A stretch of DNA of 64,000 nt from an uncultured Actinomycetes bacterium (GTDB lineage: Bacteria > Actinomycetota > UBA4738 > HRBIN12), in the NCBI GenBank assembly GCA_963704725.1, contig OY969934.1:2912001-2976000 (forward strand), read 5' to 3'. The position numbers and the translations under genes were made by a program. Under the pieces are notes generated by a model. The model made no database searches. It saw only the letters and a list, made by a program, of their open reading frames with translations, and had not been told where the DNA came from. Within the stretch, counting starts at the first letter, position 1. Each line of letters starts with the position of its first letter. Shown here in pieces: positions 39,076-49,013 of this stretch.

Positions 39076-40014
39076 CTACGCGCCGAGCATCGCTCGGAAC
39101 GACGCAACGGTGCGCTCGAGGCCCTCCGCCATGCCGACGGTCGGCGTGTAGCCGAGCAGCCCGTGGGCGAGCGAGACGTCCGCCTCCGTGTGGCGCACGT
39201 CCCCCGCCCTCGGCGGTTCGAACACCGGCTCCGGGCTCGAGCCGGTCAGCTCGGCAACGACCCGGAGCACCTCGTTCACCGAGGTCGGCTTCGCCCCGCC
39301 GCCGATGTTGAAGGAGAGCCCCTGCGCCTCGTCGGGAGCTCGGCCGGCCAGGAGGTTCGCCTCGACGACGTCGTCGATGTAGGTGAAGTCGCGGGCCTGC
39401 CCGCCGTCCCCGTGGATCACGGGAGGGCGGCCCTCCAGGCACGCCATCACGAACCGGGGGACGACCGCGGCGTACTCGCTCTGCGGATCCTGCCCCGGCC
39501 CGAACACGTTGAAGTACCGCAGGCCGATCGCCCGCACCTGCATGGAGAACCAGAAGGCCCGGTAGTACGCCTCGCCGGCGAGCTTGCTGGCCGCGTACGG
39601 CGAGCGCGGTCTCGGCAGCATCGTCTCGACCAACGGGAACCGTTCCTGGTCTCCGTAGACGGAGGAGGACGATGCGGCCACGACCCTCGCTCCCTCGCGC
39701 TGCGCGGCGAGCAGGACGTTGAGCGTTCCCCGGACGTTCACGTCGGTGAAGAGCTCGGGCTCGGCGATCGATCGGGGGACGGAGCGCTTCGCCCCCTGGT
39801 GGTAGATGACCTCGCACCCCGTCGCCGCGCCTGCCACCGCCGCGGGATCCCGAAGATCCGCCTCGACGAATCGGATCGCGCCCGCCCGCTCGAGGTTCTC
39901 CGCCGAGCCGTCGGACATGTCATCGAGCCCCACCACGTCGTGACCGTCGACGAGGAGCCGCTTCGCGAGATGGGAGCCGATGAAGCCTGCCACCCCCGTT
40001 ACGAGAACACGCAT
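39076..40014 (-). CDS. NAD-dependent nucleotide-sugar epimerase/dehydratase (UDP-Glc/GlcNAc 4-epimerase-like)
   Basis: VTGVAGFIGSHL, SVPRS, ASSSSVYG, PRSPYAASK, LRYFNVFGPGQDP..EYAAV, RDFTYI. Confidence 0.9.
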   Translation of the reverse strand: MRVLVTGVAGFIGSHLAKRLLVDGHDVVGLDDMSDGSAENLERAGAIRFVEADLRDPAAVAGAATGCEVIYHQGAKRSVPRSIAEPELFTDVNVRGTLNVLLAAQREGARVVAASSSSVYGDQERFPLVETMLPRPRSPYAASKLAGEAYYRAFWFSMQVRAIGLRYFNVFGPGQDPQSEYAAVVPRFVMACLEGRPPVIHGDGGQARDFTYIDDVVEANLLAGRAPDEAQGLSFNIGGGAKPTSVNEVLRVVAELTGSSPEPVFEPPRAGDVRHTEADVSLAHGLLGYTPTVGMAEGLERTVASFRAMLGA

Positions 40015-40127
40015 CGAGCACCTTTCGGTCGGAGGAGTCGCTGATCCGGAGCATACGGTGGGATCGAGGCGCGCCCACCCGAGTTCGCCTGCTCATCCGT
40101 TCGCAGCTGGGCGCTCTCCTTGCGCTC

Positions 40128-43100
40128 CTACGCTCCCGGCAGCCCGCAGAGCGCCCAGGCGGTGATCGACCAGCTCGAACTGACTGGCGAGTCTTCGACC
40201 GCCGTCACGGTATACGTGGTGTTGGAGTCGGGGTACGCGCGCAGGAACTCGATGTCGGGGTTGAGCGCTTGCGACCCGTTGATGTTGTACCCGCCGCCCA
40301 GCACGACGCGTCCACCCGTGCAGGTCGCAGTTGCCGTCTTGGGAGTGCTGGAGTTGTTCGCTGAGGTACTGGACACTCGAATGTAGTCTGCGAAGCCGCT
40401 CGGACCCGTGACGCCCGTGACGCCAGTGGCGCCCGTCGCACCTGTGGCTCCGATGCCTGTGGCTCCGGTCGCCCCGAACCCGGTCGCGCCGGTCGCGCCC
40501 GCAGGACCCTGCGGGCCAACCGGCCCCTGAGGACCTACGGGGCCCTGAGGACCGACGGGGCCCTGGGGACCGACGGGGCCCTGGGGACCCTGAGCACCGT
40601 CGACACCGGGATCGCCTTGGGGACCCTGAGCTCCGGCGGGACCGACCGGGCCCTGAGGACCGACCGGGCCCTGAGGACCGACCGGGCCCTGAGGACCGAC
40701 CGGGCCCTGAGGACCGACGGCGCCGACCGGGCCCTGAGGACCGACCGCACCGTCGACACCGGGATCGCCCTGGGGACCTTGGGGACCGACGGCACCGGGA
40801 TCACCTTGAGGACCGGCCGCGCCGGGGTCGCCCTGCGGACCGACCGCACCGTCGACACCGGGGTCGCCCTGGGGACCGACGGCACCGGGATCGCCCTGCT
40901 GCCCCTGGGGACCCTGAGCACCGTCGGCACCGGGATCGCCTTGGGGACCCTGAGCTCCGGCGGGACCGACCGGGCCCTGAGGACCGACCGGGCCCTGAGG
41001 ACCGACCGGGCCCTGAGGACCGACGGCGCCGACCGGGCCCTGAGGACCGACGGCGCCGACCGGGCCCTGCGGACCGACCGCACCGTCGACACCGGGATCG
41101 CCCTGGGGACCTTGGGGACCGACGGCACCGGGATCACCTTGAGGACCGGCCGCGCCGGGGTCGCCCTGCGGACCGACCGCACCGTCGACACCGGGGTCGC
41201 CCTGGGGACCTTGGGGACCGACGGCACCGGGATCGCCTTGGGGACCCTGAGCTCCGGCGGGACCGACCGGGCCCTGAGGACCGACCGGGCCCTGAGGACC
41301 GACCGGGCCCTGGGGACCGACGGCGCCGACCGGGCCCTGCGGACCGACCGCACCGTCGACACCGGGATCGCCCTGGGGACCTTGGGGACCGACGGCACCG
41401 GGATCACCTTGAGGACCGGCCGCGCCGGGGTCGCCCTGCGGACCGACCGCACCGTCGACACCGGGGTCGCCCTGGGGACCGACGGCACCGGGATCGCCCT
41501 GCTGCCCCTGGGGACCCTGAGCACCGTCGGCACCGGGATCGCCTTGGGGACCCTGAGCTCCGGCGGGACCGACCGGGCCCTGAGGACCGACCGGGCCCTG
41601 AGGACCGACCGGGCCCTGAGGACCGACGGCGCCGACCGGGCCCTGCGGACCGACCGCACCGTCGACACCGGGATCGCCCTGGGGACCTTGGGGACCGACG
41701 GCACCGGGATCACCTTGAGGACCGGCCGCGCCGGGGTCGCCCTGCGGACCGACCGCACCGTCGACACCGGGGTCGCCCTGGGGACCGACGGCACCGGGAT
41801 CGCCCTGCTGCCCCTGGGGACCCTGAGCACCGTCGGCACCGGGATCGCCTTGGGGACCCTGAGCTCCGGCGGGACCGACCGGGCCCTGAGGACCGACCGG
41901 GCCCTGAGGACCGACCGGGCCCTGAGGACCGACCGGGCCCTGAGGACCGACGGCGCCGACCGGGCCCTGCGGACCGACCGCACCGTCGACACCGGGATCG
42001 CCCTGGGGACCTTGGGGACCGACGGCACCGGGATCACCTTGAGGACCGGCCGCGCCGGGGTCGCCCTGCGGACCGACCGCACCGTCGACACCGGGGTCGC
42101 CCTGGGGACCGACGGCACCGGGATCGCCCTGCTGCCCCTGGGGACCCTGAGCACCGTCGGCACCGGGATCGCCTTGGGGACCCTGAGCTCCGGCGGGACC
42201 GACCGGGCCCTGAGGACCGACCGGGCCCTGAGGACCGACCGGGCCCTGAGGACCGACGGCGCCGACCGGGCCCTGAGGACCGACCGCACCGTCGACACCG
42301 GGATCGCCCTGGGGACCTTGGGGACCGACGGCACCGGGATCACCTTGAGGACCGGCCGCGCCGGGGTCGCCCTGCGGACCGACCGCACCGTCGACACCGG
42401 GGTCGCCCTGGGGACCGACGGCACCGGGATCGCCCTGCTGCCCCTGGGGACCCTGAGCACCGTCGGCACCGGGATCGCCTTGGGGACCCTGAGCTCCGGC
42501 GGGACCGACCGGGCCCTGAGGACCGACCGGGCCCTGAGGACCGACCGGGCCCTGAGGACCGACGGCGCCGACCGGGCCCTGCGGACCGACCGCACCGTCG
42601 ACACCGGGATCGCCCTGGGGACCTTGGGGACCGACGGCACCGGGATCACCTTGAGGACCGGCCGCGCCGGGGTCGCCCTGCGGACCGACCGCACCGTCGA
42701 CACCGGGGTCGCCCTGGGGCGGGACCGACGGCACCGGGATCGCCCTGCTGCCCCTGGGGACCCTGAGCTCCGGCGGCACCGGGATCGCCTTGGGGACCCT
42801 GAGCTCCGGCGGGACCGACCGGGCCCTGAGGACCGACCGGGCCCTGGGGACCGACGGCGCCGACCGGGCCCTGCGGACCGACCGCACCGTCGACACCGGG
42901 ATCGCCCTGGGGACCTTGGGGACCGACGGCACCGGGATCACCTTGAGGACCGGCCGCGCCGGGGTCGCCCTGCGGACCGACCGCACCGTCGACACCGGGG
43001 TCGCCCTGGGGACCGACGGCACCGGGATCGCCCTGCTGCCCCTGGGGACCCTGAGCACCGTCGGCACCGGGATCGCCTTGGGGACCCTGAGCTCCGGCGG

Positions 43101-44820
43101 GACCGACCGGGCCCTGAGGACCGACCGGGCCCTGAGGACCGACCGGGCCCTGGGGACCGACGGCGCCGACCGGGCCCTGCGGACCGACCGCACCGTCGAC
43201 ACCGGGATCGCCCTGGGGACCTTGGGGACCGACGGCACCGGGATCACCTTGAGGACCGGCCGCGCCGGGGTCGCCCTGCGGACCGACCGCACCGTCGACA
43301 CCGGGGTCGCCCTGGGGACCGACGGCACCGGGATCGCCCTGCTGCCCCTGGGGACCCTGAGCACCGTCGGCACCGGGATCGCCTTGGGGACCCTGAGCTC
43401 CGGCGGGACCGACCGGGCCCTGAGGACCGACCGGGCCCTGAGGACCGACCGGGCCCTGGGGACCGACGGCGCCGACCGGGCCCTGCGGACCGACCGCACC
43501 GTCGACACCGGGATCGCCCTGGGGACCTTGGGGACCGACGGCACCGGGATCACCTTGAGGACCGGCCGCGCCGGGGTCGCCCTGCGGACCGACCGCACCG
43601 TCGACACCGGGGTCGCCCTGGGGACCGACGGCACCGGGATCGCCCTGCTGCCCCTGGGGACCCTGAGCACCGTCGGCACCGGGATCGCCTTGGGGACCCT
43701 GAGCTCCGGCGGGACCGACCGGGCCCTGAGGACCGACCGGGCCCTGAGGACCGACCGGGCCCTGAGGACCGACGGCGCCGACCGGGCCCTGCGGACCGAC
43801 CGCACCGTCGACACCGGGATCGCCCTGGGGACCTTGGGGACCGACGGCACCGGTCGGACCGACCGGGCCTTGAGGACCAACCGGGCCTTGAGGACCAACC
43901 GGGCCAGTAGGCCCAATCGGTCCTGGAGGACCTACGGGGCCGGTCGTGACTGGTCCACCGCCTGGCCCCGAGGCGCCTGTCGATCCAGGAGGTCCCGTCG
44001 GGCCCGTGTCACCGGGAGGACCTGCCGGACCGGTGTCGCCGGGAGGACCCGCGGGGCCGGTTGTCACGGGACCACCACCGGGTCCTGTCGCGCCCGTCGC
44101 TCCGGGAGGACCTACCGGACCGGTGTCGCCGGGAGGACCTGCAGGACCGGTATCGCCGGACGTGCCGTCCGCCCCCGTCGCGCCGGCCGGACCCGGAGGA
44201 CCCGCGGGGCCGGGGGATCCGGCGGGTCCAGTCGTCCCGGCGGCTCCCGTTGCTCCGGGAGCTCCGGTCGCCCCGTTCGCCCCGGCCGCGCCGGTGGCAC
44301 CGTTCGCGCCTGCGGCCCCATCGACGCCATCAAGACCGTTCGTGCCGTCAAGCCCGTTCGTGCCGTCTTGGCCATCGGCGCCGTTGGTCCCGTCGATGCC
44401 ATCGGTGCCGTTGGTCCCATCGATGCCGTCCGTGCCGCCGGGACCGCGCCGACCCGAGGCACCGGTCGGCCCGACGAGGGGCTCGTCGTTGTGGAGATCG
44501 TTCGCCAGCACGCCGGACGGCAGCCGATTGCCCTCTCGATCGACGAGCTGCCACGAGACCCTGAACTCACCCTTGCGGCACGCGGCCTGCGGGCTCACGA
44601 TCCGTACGGCCCCGGTGGCGCTGGAGACGCATCCGCTGACGCGCTCGCCGGACGACCGACGGCCGATAGAAGCCCCGGCCCACAGAAGTGACAGGAGTGT
44701 CAGCAGGAGTACCGCACCGGCAGCGATCCGTCGCCGGCGCCGCCGGCGGGCGCTTCCGGAATCGTTTTCGCCCGGGCCAGGATCGGGCTCGGTCGGTCGA
44801 GGTCGGTGTCCGCGTCCCAC
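40128..44820 (-). CDS. Giant collagen-like protein (~1560 aa if repaired), interrupted by a 4-nt insertion at ~42720
   Basis: Poly-Arg plus hydrophobic helix at the N-terminus, small Cys-pair domain, ~450 Gly-X-Y triplets across ORFs 42646..44820 and 40128..43916, C-terminal globular domain ([14 protein letters not shown]...AWALC). Confidence 0.9.
40608..43850. repeat. Higher-order tandem repeat, ~10.5 copies of a 306-bp (34-triplet) unit
   Basis: Anchor gggatcgccttggggaccctgagctcc at 40608, 40932, 41229, 41535, 41841, 42165, 42471, 42781, 43069, 43375, 43681; spacings 324,297,306,306,324,306,310,288,306,306. Confidence 0.95.
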
Positions 44821-44997
44821 GTTTGACCCATCGGGTTACCCGAGGGTCCGGTTAACCCCTGGTTTCGGGTATCCCGAACCGAACCGACCCGGCCGCGTCG
44901 ATGCCGCCGTGGCGGCCACCGTTCCGGGGATCAGGAAGGTGACCCCCGCCTCCACGTGGCGAGGCCGGTGGCGTCGTACCATCCGAGGCGACCAACC

Positions 44998-45606
44998 ATG
45001 GATGAACGACGCTCCCCATCTGACCGCTTCCGGGCGTTGGGCAAGAACCGTCAGGCCCTCGCGCTCGTGGTCGTCCTCGTCGTGGTGGCCGGCGGCCTCC
45101 TGCTCATCACCCGCGGCGGTCAGGGCAGCGACGCGGAGCGAGCGGACCAGGCGCTCCAGGACGGCCTGAGTGCGCACCAGCAGGGAGACCTCGAGACGGC
45201 CAAGGCGGACTACCTCCAGACGATCGAGCTCGACCCCCAGAACAAGTTCGCGTACTACAACCTCGGCGTCATCAGCCAGACCGAGGGCGACCTCGCCACC
45301 GCGGAGTCCAACTACACGACGGCGATCACGATCGACCCCGACTTCGTCGCGGCGCTGTTCAACCTGGCGATCCTTCGAGCCGACGGCGGAGCCTCGGACG
45401 AGGCGATCCAGCTGTATCAGCACATCATCGAGGTCGACCCGAGCCAGGCCGCCGCTCACCTCAACCTGGGATTCCTTCTTATCGACGCCGGCAACGAGTC
45501 GAGGGGACAGGCCGAGCTCGACGAGGCGGTCCGGCTCGATCCGACACTCGCCGACCGGATCACGCCCGCGAGCGGCAGCCCCGCGGCCGCGACGCCGTCC
45601 CCCTAA
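44998..45606 (+). CDS. Membrane-anchored TPR-repeat protein
   Basis: TM segment ALALVVVLVVVAGGLLLI; ~4 TPRs (IELDPQNKFAYYNLG, IDPDFVAALFNLA, VDPSQAAAHLNLG, AVRLDP). Confidence 0.88.
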   Translation: MDERRSPSDRFRALGKNRQALALVVVLVVVAGGLLLITRGGQGSDAERADQALQDGLSAHQQGDLETAKADYLQTIELDPQNKFAYYNLGVISQTEGDLATAESNYTTAITIDPDFVAALFNLAILRADGGASDEAIQLYQHIIEVDPSQAAAHLNLGFLLIDAGNESRGQAELDEAVRLDPTLADRITPASGSPAAATPSP

Positions 45607-45619
45607 TGGGACCCGACGG

Positions 45620-47791
45620 CTAGACGCCCGCCGCCGGCGACGGCGCCGAGCGATCCCGATCCGCCCTGGCGCGTTCGTGCCGCCCGCCGTAGCGGTGACG
45701 GCGTGACGAGACGAGCAGGGTCGCGAACGTGACGGCACCGAGCAGCAACAAGAGGTCGTAGCGAGGGAACGGCGCGTACTGGAACACCACCAGGTGGCGG
45801 CCGGGCGGGACGAGACGACCGACCAGGCTGGGTGCGAACATCTCCGCCTCCACCGCCTGACCGTCGACCGTCACCCGCCACCGGTTGTCGAACGATGCCT
45901 TGAGGATCACCGCCGCCGGACGGTTCGTCTCGACCGTCGCGGAGGCCCTCCCGTCGGCGAGATCGAGGGATGCGGCCACGACCTCGCCCGGAGGCTCCGA
46001 GGGCGACTCGCCATCAGGAAGCGTGGCGGCGGGCGTCGGGATGCCGGCGAAGGAGATCGCCGGATACACACCCTCCGCGGGCTGATGGGAGCTCAGCCAC
46101 GGCGCGATGCGCACGCCGAGGTTCGTGCGGTCGGCCACGATCGGCGCCGACGTGTCGACGACCTGGATCGCGCCGCTCACCGGCATCCGCCAGAGCCGGT
46201 GCCGCCCCCGTTCGGCGACGAGCTCCGCACGAGCCGGCGGCTGGCGATCCGCAGGTTGGATCAGGTACGGGACGTCGAACACGTCGTAGTGCGCGGGGTT
46301 CGTGTCGCTGAACCGGTACTCGGCGGGTGAGGACAGCGACCAGGTCGGCCGGGTGAAGCCCACGGCATCCGCATCGAGATTGAGCAGCTCGATGTAGACG
46401 GGGACCTGGCCAACGCGGTACCGGCTCCCCCAGTTCGATCGCGATCCCGCGTAGATGCGGCCCGGACCCATGTGCTCGGCGATCGACACCAGCGCCGCGA
46501 CGTCCGCTCCGTCGTTCGCGTCGAACACCTCCTGCTCGTGGATCCACTGGGCGCCCTTGGCCGCCCACGCGCCCCGCTCGCCCCAGGCGGGGGCCAGCAC
46601 CGCGACGGCCAGGACGAGCAGACCGGCCAGGACGACCTCGGGTCGTGGAACGCGACGGCGGAGCCGGGCCACGGCGGCCCGGCCGATCCATGCCATCGCC
46701 ATCCCCGCCAGGTACAGGCCGGCCAGATGGACTCCGAACACGTAGCGCCGCAGGAAGAGATCGCCGGAGCCCGGCAGCAGCCGGAGCGCCGGACCGAGCG
46801 TGGACCGACCGAAGAACAGGACCAGCGAGAGGAGCCCGAGGAGGACCACCGCCCTCCCTCGCTCGTCTCGTCGCCATCGCCACAGGCACAGGAGGAGTCC
46901 GATCCCCGCCAGTACCGAGATCACCGGGAAGCGGTTCCGATCGAAGATCTCGCCGGAGACGAGCCAGGTCAGGATGCGCTTGGCGCCGAAGGAGTCGTAG
47001 AAGACCTTGCCGCGCGAGAACTCGTCCTGCACGGTGAACGCGCGGTCGAGCAGGAGAGGGACGACCACCCACGCGGCGATGAGCACGGCGCCGACCCCCA
47101 CGACCGCCGCCCGCCCCACCCGCCGGAGCAGCCGAGAGGGGCGTACCAACAAGAGGACTCCGAGCGAGAGCAGCGCCAGGTACCCGGTGAGCAGGTGCAC
47201 GGCCACCGTCATGGCGACGGCGAGCGCCGCCCACGGGTACGAGCGGCCGCGGACGACGGCGCGGTAGCTCAGACCCCAGGAGATCGGCAGGAGCCACATC
47301 CCCCAGATCTGCGTCCACGTGCCGTATCCACGCCACGCGTAGCTACCCCACTCGTAGCCGAGGGTCGGCGCGCTCGCGATGAGCGGGGAGATCAGTGCCG
47401 CCCCCGCCGAGCGCCACCGCCCGAGCCCGAGGAGCCGCCCGCCGGCGAACACCGACAGCGGCCACAGCGCGAGGCCCAGGTAGAGCGTCCAGCTGTAGGC
47501 GCTCTCGGACCCGATCGGGATCGCCAGGAGTCCCGTCAGCACGTGCGGGAGGCTCTGGTAGTGGTGGAACCGCGAGGACCCGAGCGCGAGCTCCGGGTAC
47601 CACCCGTCGAGGGGGAGGTGCCCACTCGTCCAGCGCTGCTCGGCCCATCCGATCATGGAGCGATGGACCGAGCCGTCGTTCAGGTTCTGGACCGGGGTGG
47701 CCTCGGCCCGCAGGACCCACAGGTTGAAGACGATCGCGAGGCCGACGACGACCCACGGCCCGAGACGATGGACGGCGTTGGCCCGGCGCAC
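45620..47791 (-). CDS. Polytopic membrane protein, GT-C/YfhO-like putative glycosyltransferase
   Basis: First TM then acidic loop (NLNDGSVH..DGWYP..HHYQ), ~11-13 hydrophobic segments, C-terminal soluble domain ending SFDNRWRVTVDG...VPPGRHLVVFQY plus a final TM, resembling YfhO C-termini; TAGCGT 6 nt before GTG. Confidence 0.7.
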   Translation of the reverse strand: MRRANAVHRLGPWVVVGLAIVFNLWVLRAEATPVQNLNDGSVHRSMIGWAEQRWTSGHLPLDGWYPELALGSSRFHHYQSLPHVLTGLLAIPIGSESAYSWTLYLGLALWPLSVFAGGRLLGLGRWRSAGAALISPLIASAPTLGYEWGSYAWRGYGTWTQIWGMWLLPISWGLSYRAVVRGRSYPWAALAVAMTVAVHLLTGYLALLSLGVLLLVRPSRLLRRVGRAAVVGVGAVLIAAWVVVPLLLDRAFTVQDEFSRGKVFYDSFGAKRILTWLVSGEIFDRNRFPVISVLAGIGLLLCLWRWRRDERGRAVVLLGLLSLVLFFGRSTLGPALRLLPGSGDLFLRRYVFGVHLAGLYLAGMAMAWIGRAAVARLRRRVPRPEVVLAGLLVLAVAVLAPAWGERGAWAAKGAQWIHEQEVFDANDGADVAALVSIAEHMGPGRIYAGSRSNWGSRYRVGQVPVYIELLNLDADAVGFTRPTWSLSSPAEYRFSDTNPAHYDVFDVPYLIQPADRQPPARAELVAERGRHRLWRMPVSGAIQVVDTSAPIVADRTNLGVRIAPWLSSHQPAEGVYPAISFAGIPTPAATLPDGESPSEPPGEVVAASLDLADGRASATVETNRPAAVILKASFDNRWRVTVDGQAVEAEMFAPSLVGRLVPPGRHLVVFQYAPFPRYDLLLLLGAVTFATLLVSSRRHRYGGRHERARADRDRSAPSPAAGV

Positions 47792-47800
47792 GCGGTGACG

Positions 47801-48520
47801 CTACACCGCGGCCGGCTGTGACTCGGCGTCCTTCATCCGGTTGGTGTCGATCGCGATCCCAGGACCCATCGTCGTGGCGATCGTCAGGCTCTTCACGTAC
47901 TTGCCCTTGGCCGCCGAGGGCTTCGCCCGCAGGAGCTCCTCGACCACCGCGAGGTAGTTCTCGAGGAGCTGCCGGTCCGAGAACGACTTCTTCCCGATGA
48001 TGGCGTGGACGTTGCCGGTGCGGTCGGTCTTGTACTCGATCTTCCCGCCCTTGATGTCCTGGACGGCCTTCGCGATGTCGGTGGTGACGGTGCCCGTCTT
48101 CGGGTTCGGCATCAGGCCCCGGGGCCCGAGGACGCGGCCCGCCTTGCCCACCGTGGCCATCATGTCCGGCGTCGCCACGGCCGCCTCGAAGTCGATCGTG
48201 CCGGCCATCACCTGCTCGACCAGGTCCTCGGCTCCGACGACGTCCGCGCCCGCCTCCCTGGCCTCGGTGGCCTTCGGTCCCTGCGCGAACACGGCCACGC
48301 GCACCGACTTGCCGGTTCCGTTGGGCAGGGACACCGTGCCCCGGACCATCTGGTCCGCCTTGCGCGGGTCGATCCCGAGCCGGAAGGCGACCTCGACGGT
48401 CTCGTCGAACTTGGCGTTCGGAAGCTCCTTGAGCGTCTTGATCGCCTCGACCGGCAGGTACTCGCGCTCCGGGTCGACGAGCTTGGCCGCGGCGTCGTAG
48501 CGCTTGCCCTTCTCGCTCAC
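47801..48520 (-). CDS. rplA: 50S ribosomal protein L1
   Basis: GTG 48520; AKFDETVE...[16 protein letters not shown]...[19 protein letters not shown]...TTMGPGI. Confidence 0.99.
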   Translation of the reverse strand: MSEKGKRYDAAAKLVDPEREYLPVEAIKTLKELPNAKFDETVEVAFRLGIDPRKADQMVRGTVSLPNGTGKSVRVAVFAQGPKATEAREAGADVVGAEDLVEQVMAGTIDFEAAVATPDMMATVGKAGRVLGPRGLMPNPKTGTVTTDIAKAVQDIKGGKIEYKTDRTGNVHAIIGKKSFSDRQLLENYLAVVEELLRAKPSAAKGKYVKSLTIATTMGPGIAIDTNRMKDAESQPAAV

Positions 48521-48951
48521 GAGACCACCTCCACGCCCATGCTCCGCGCCGTCCCGGCCAGGATGCGCATCGCCATGTCGACGTCGTTCGCGTTGAGGTC
48601 GGCCATCTTCTGCTCGGCGATCCGCCGCAGCTGATCCTGGGTGAGCTTGCCGACCTTGGTCCGGTTGGGCTCGCCGGAGCCCTTCTCCAGCCCGGTGGCC
48701 TGCTTGATGAGCTCGGCGGCCGGGGGCTGCTTCGTGATGAACGAGAACGATCGGTCCTCGTAGATCGTGAGCTCGGCCGGGATCACCTGGCCGGCGAACT
48801 GCTGGGTCTGCTCGTTGTACTGGCGACAGAACTCCATGATGTTCACGCCGTGCTGGCCCAGCGCCGTTCCGACGGGGGGTGCCGGGGTGGCCTGACCGGC
48901 CCGGATCTGGAGCTTGACGAGCGCCAGGACCTTCTTCTTCTTTGGGGGCAT
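48517..48951 (-). CDS. rplK: 50S ribosomal protein L11
   Basis: [30 protein letters not shown]...GTARSMG; start 48951 or 48960. Confidence 0.99.
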   Translation of the reverse strand: MPPKKKKVLALVKLQIRAGQATPAPPVGTALGQHGVNIMEFCRQYNEQTQQFAGQVIPAELTIYEDRSFSFITKQPPAAELIKQATGLEKGSGEPNRTKVGKLTQDQLRRIAEQKMADLNANDVDMAMRILAGTARSMGVEVVS

Positions 48952-48969
48952 CTGCTGCATCCACCTCCT

Positions 48970-48999
48970 GCGGTCCAAACGGCCGGTCGGGCCTCCCGC
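48970..48999 (-). promoter_or_regulatory. Possible L1-binding operator hairpin before rplK
   Basis: GCGGGAGGCC...GGCC...GGACCGC stem with purine-rich internal loop abutting the RBS. Confidence 0.3.
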
Positions 49000-49013
49000 C
49001 TAGAGCGTTGTTC

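Noticed and set aside
40608-43850. Repeat array as a possible CRISPR
   Set aside because: No unique spacers and no cas genes; periods are multiples of 9 nt, consistent with coding Gly-X-Y.
40535-44691. Long alternative-frame and antisense ORFs over the collagen array (RARSVL and TDRAL repeats)
   Set aside because: A stop-free GC-rich unit repeated in tandem keeps all frames open; only the Gly-X-Y frame connects sensible terminal domains.
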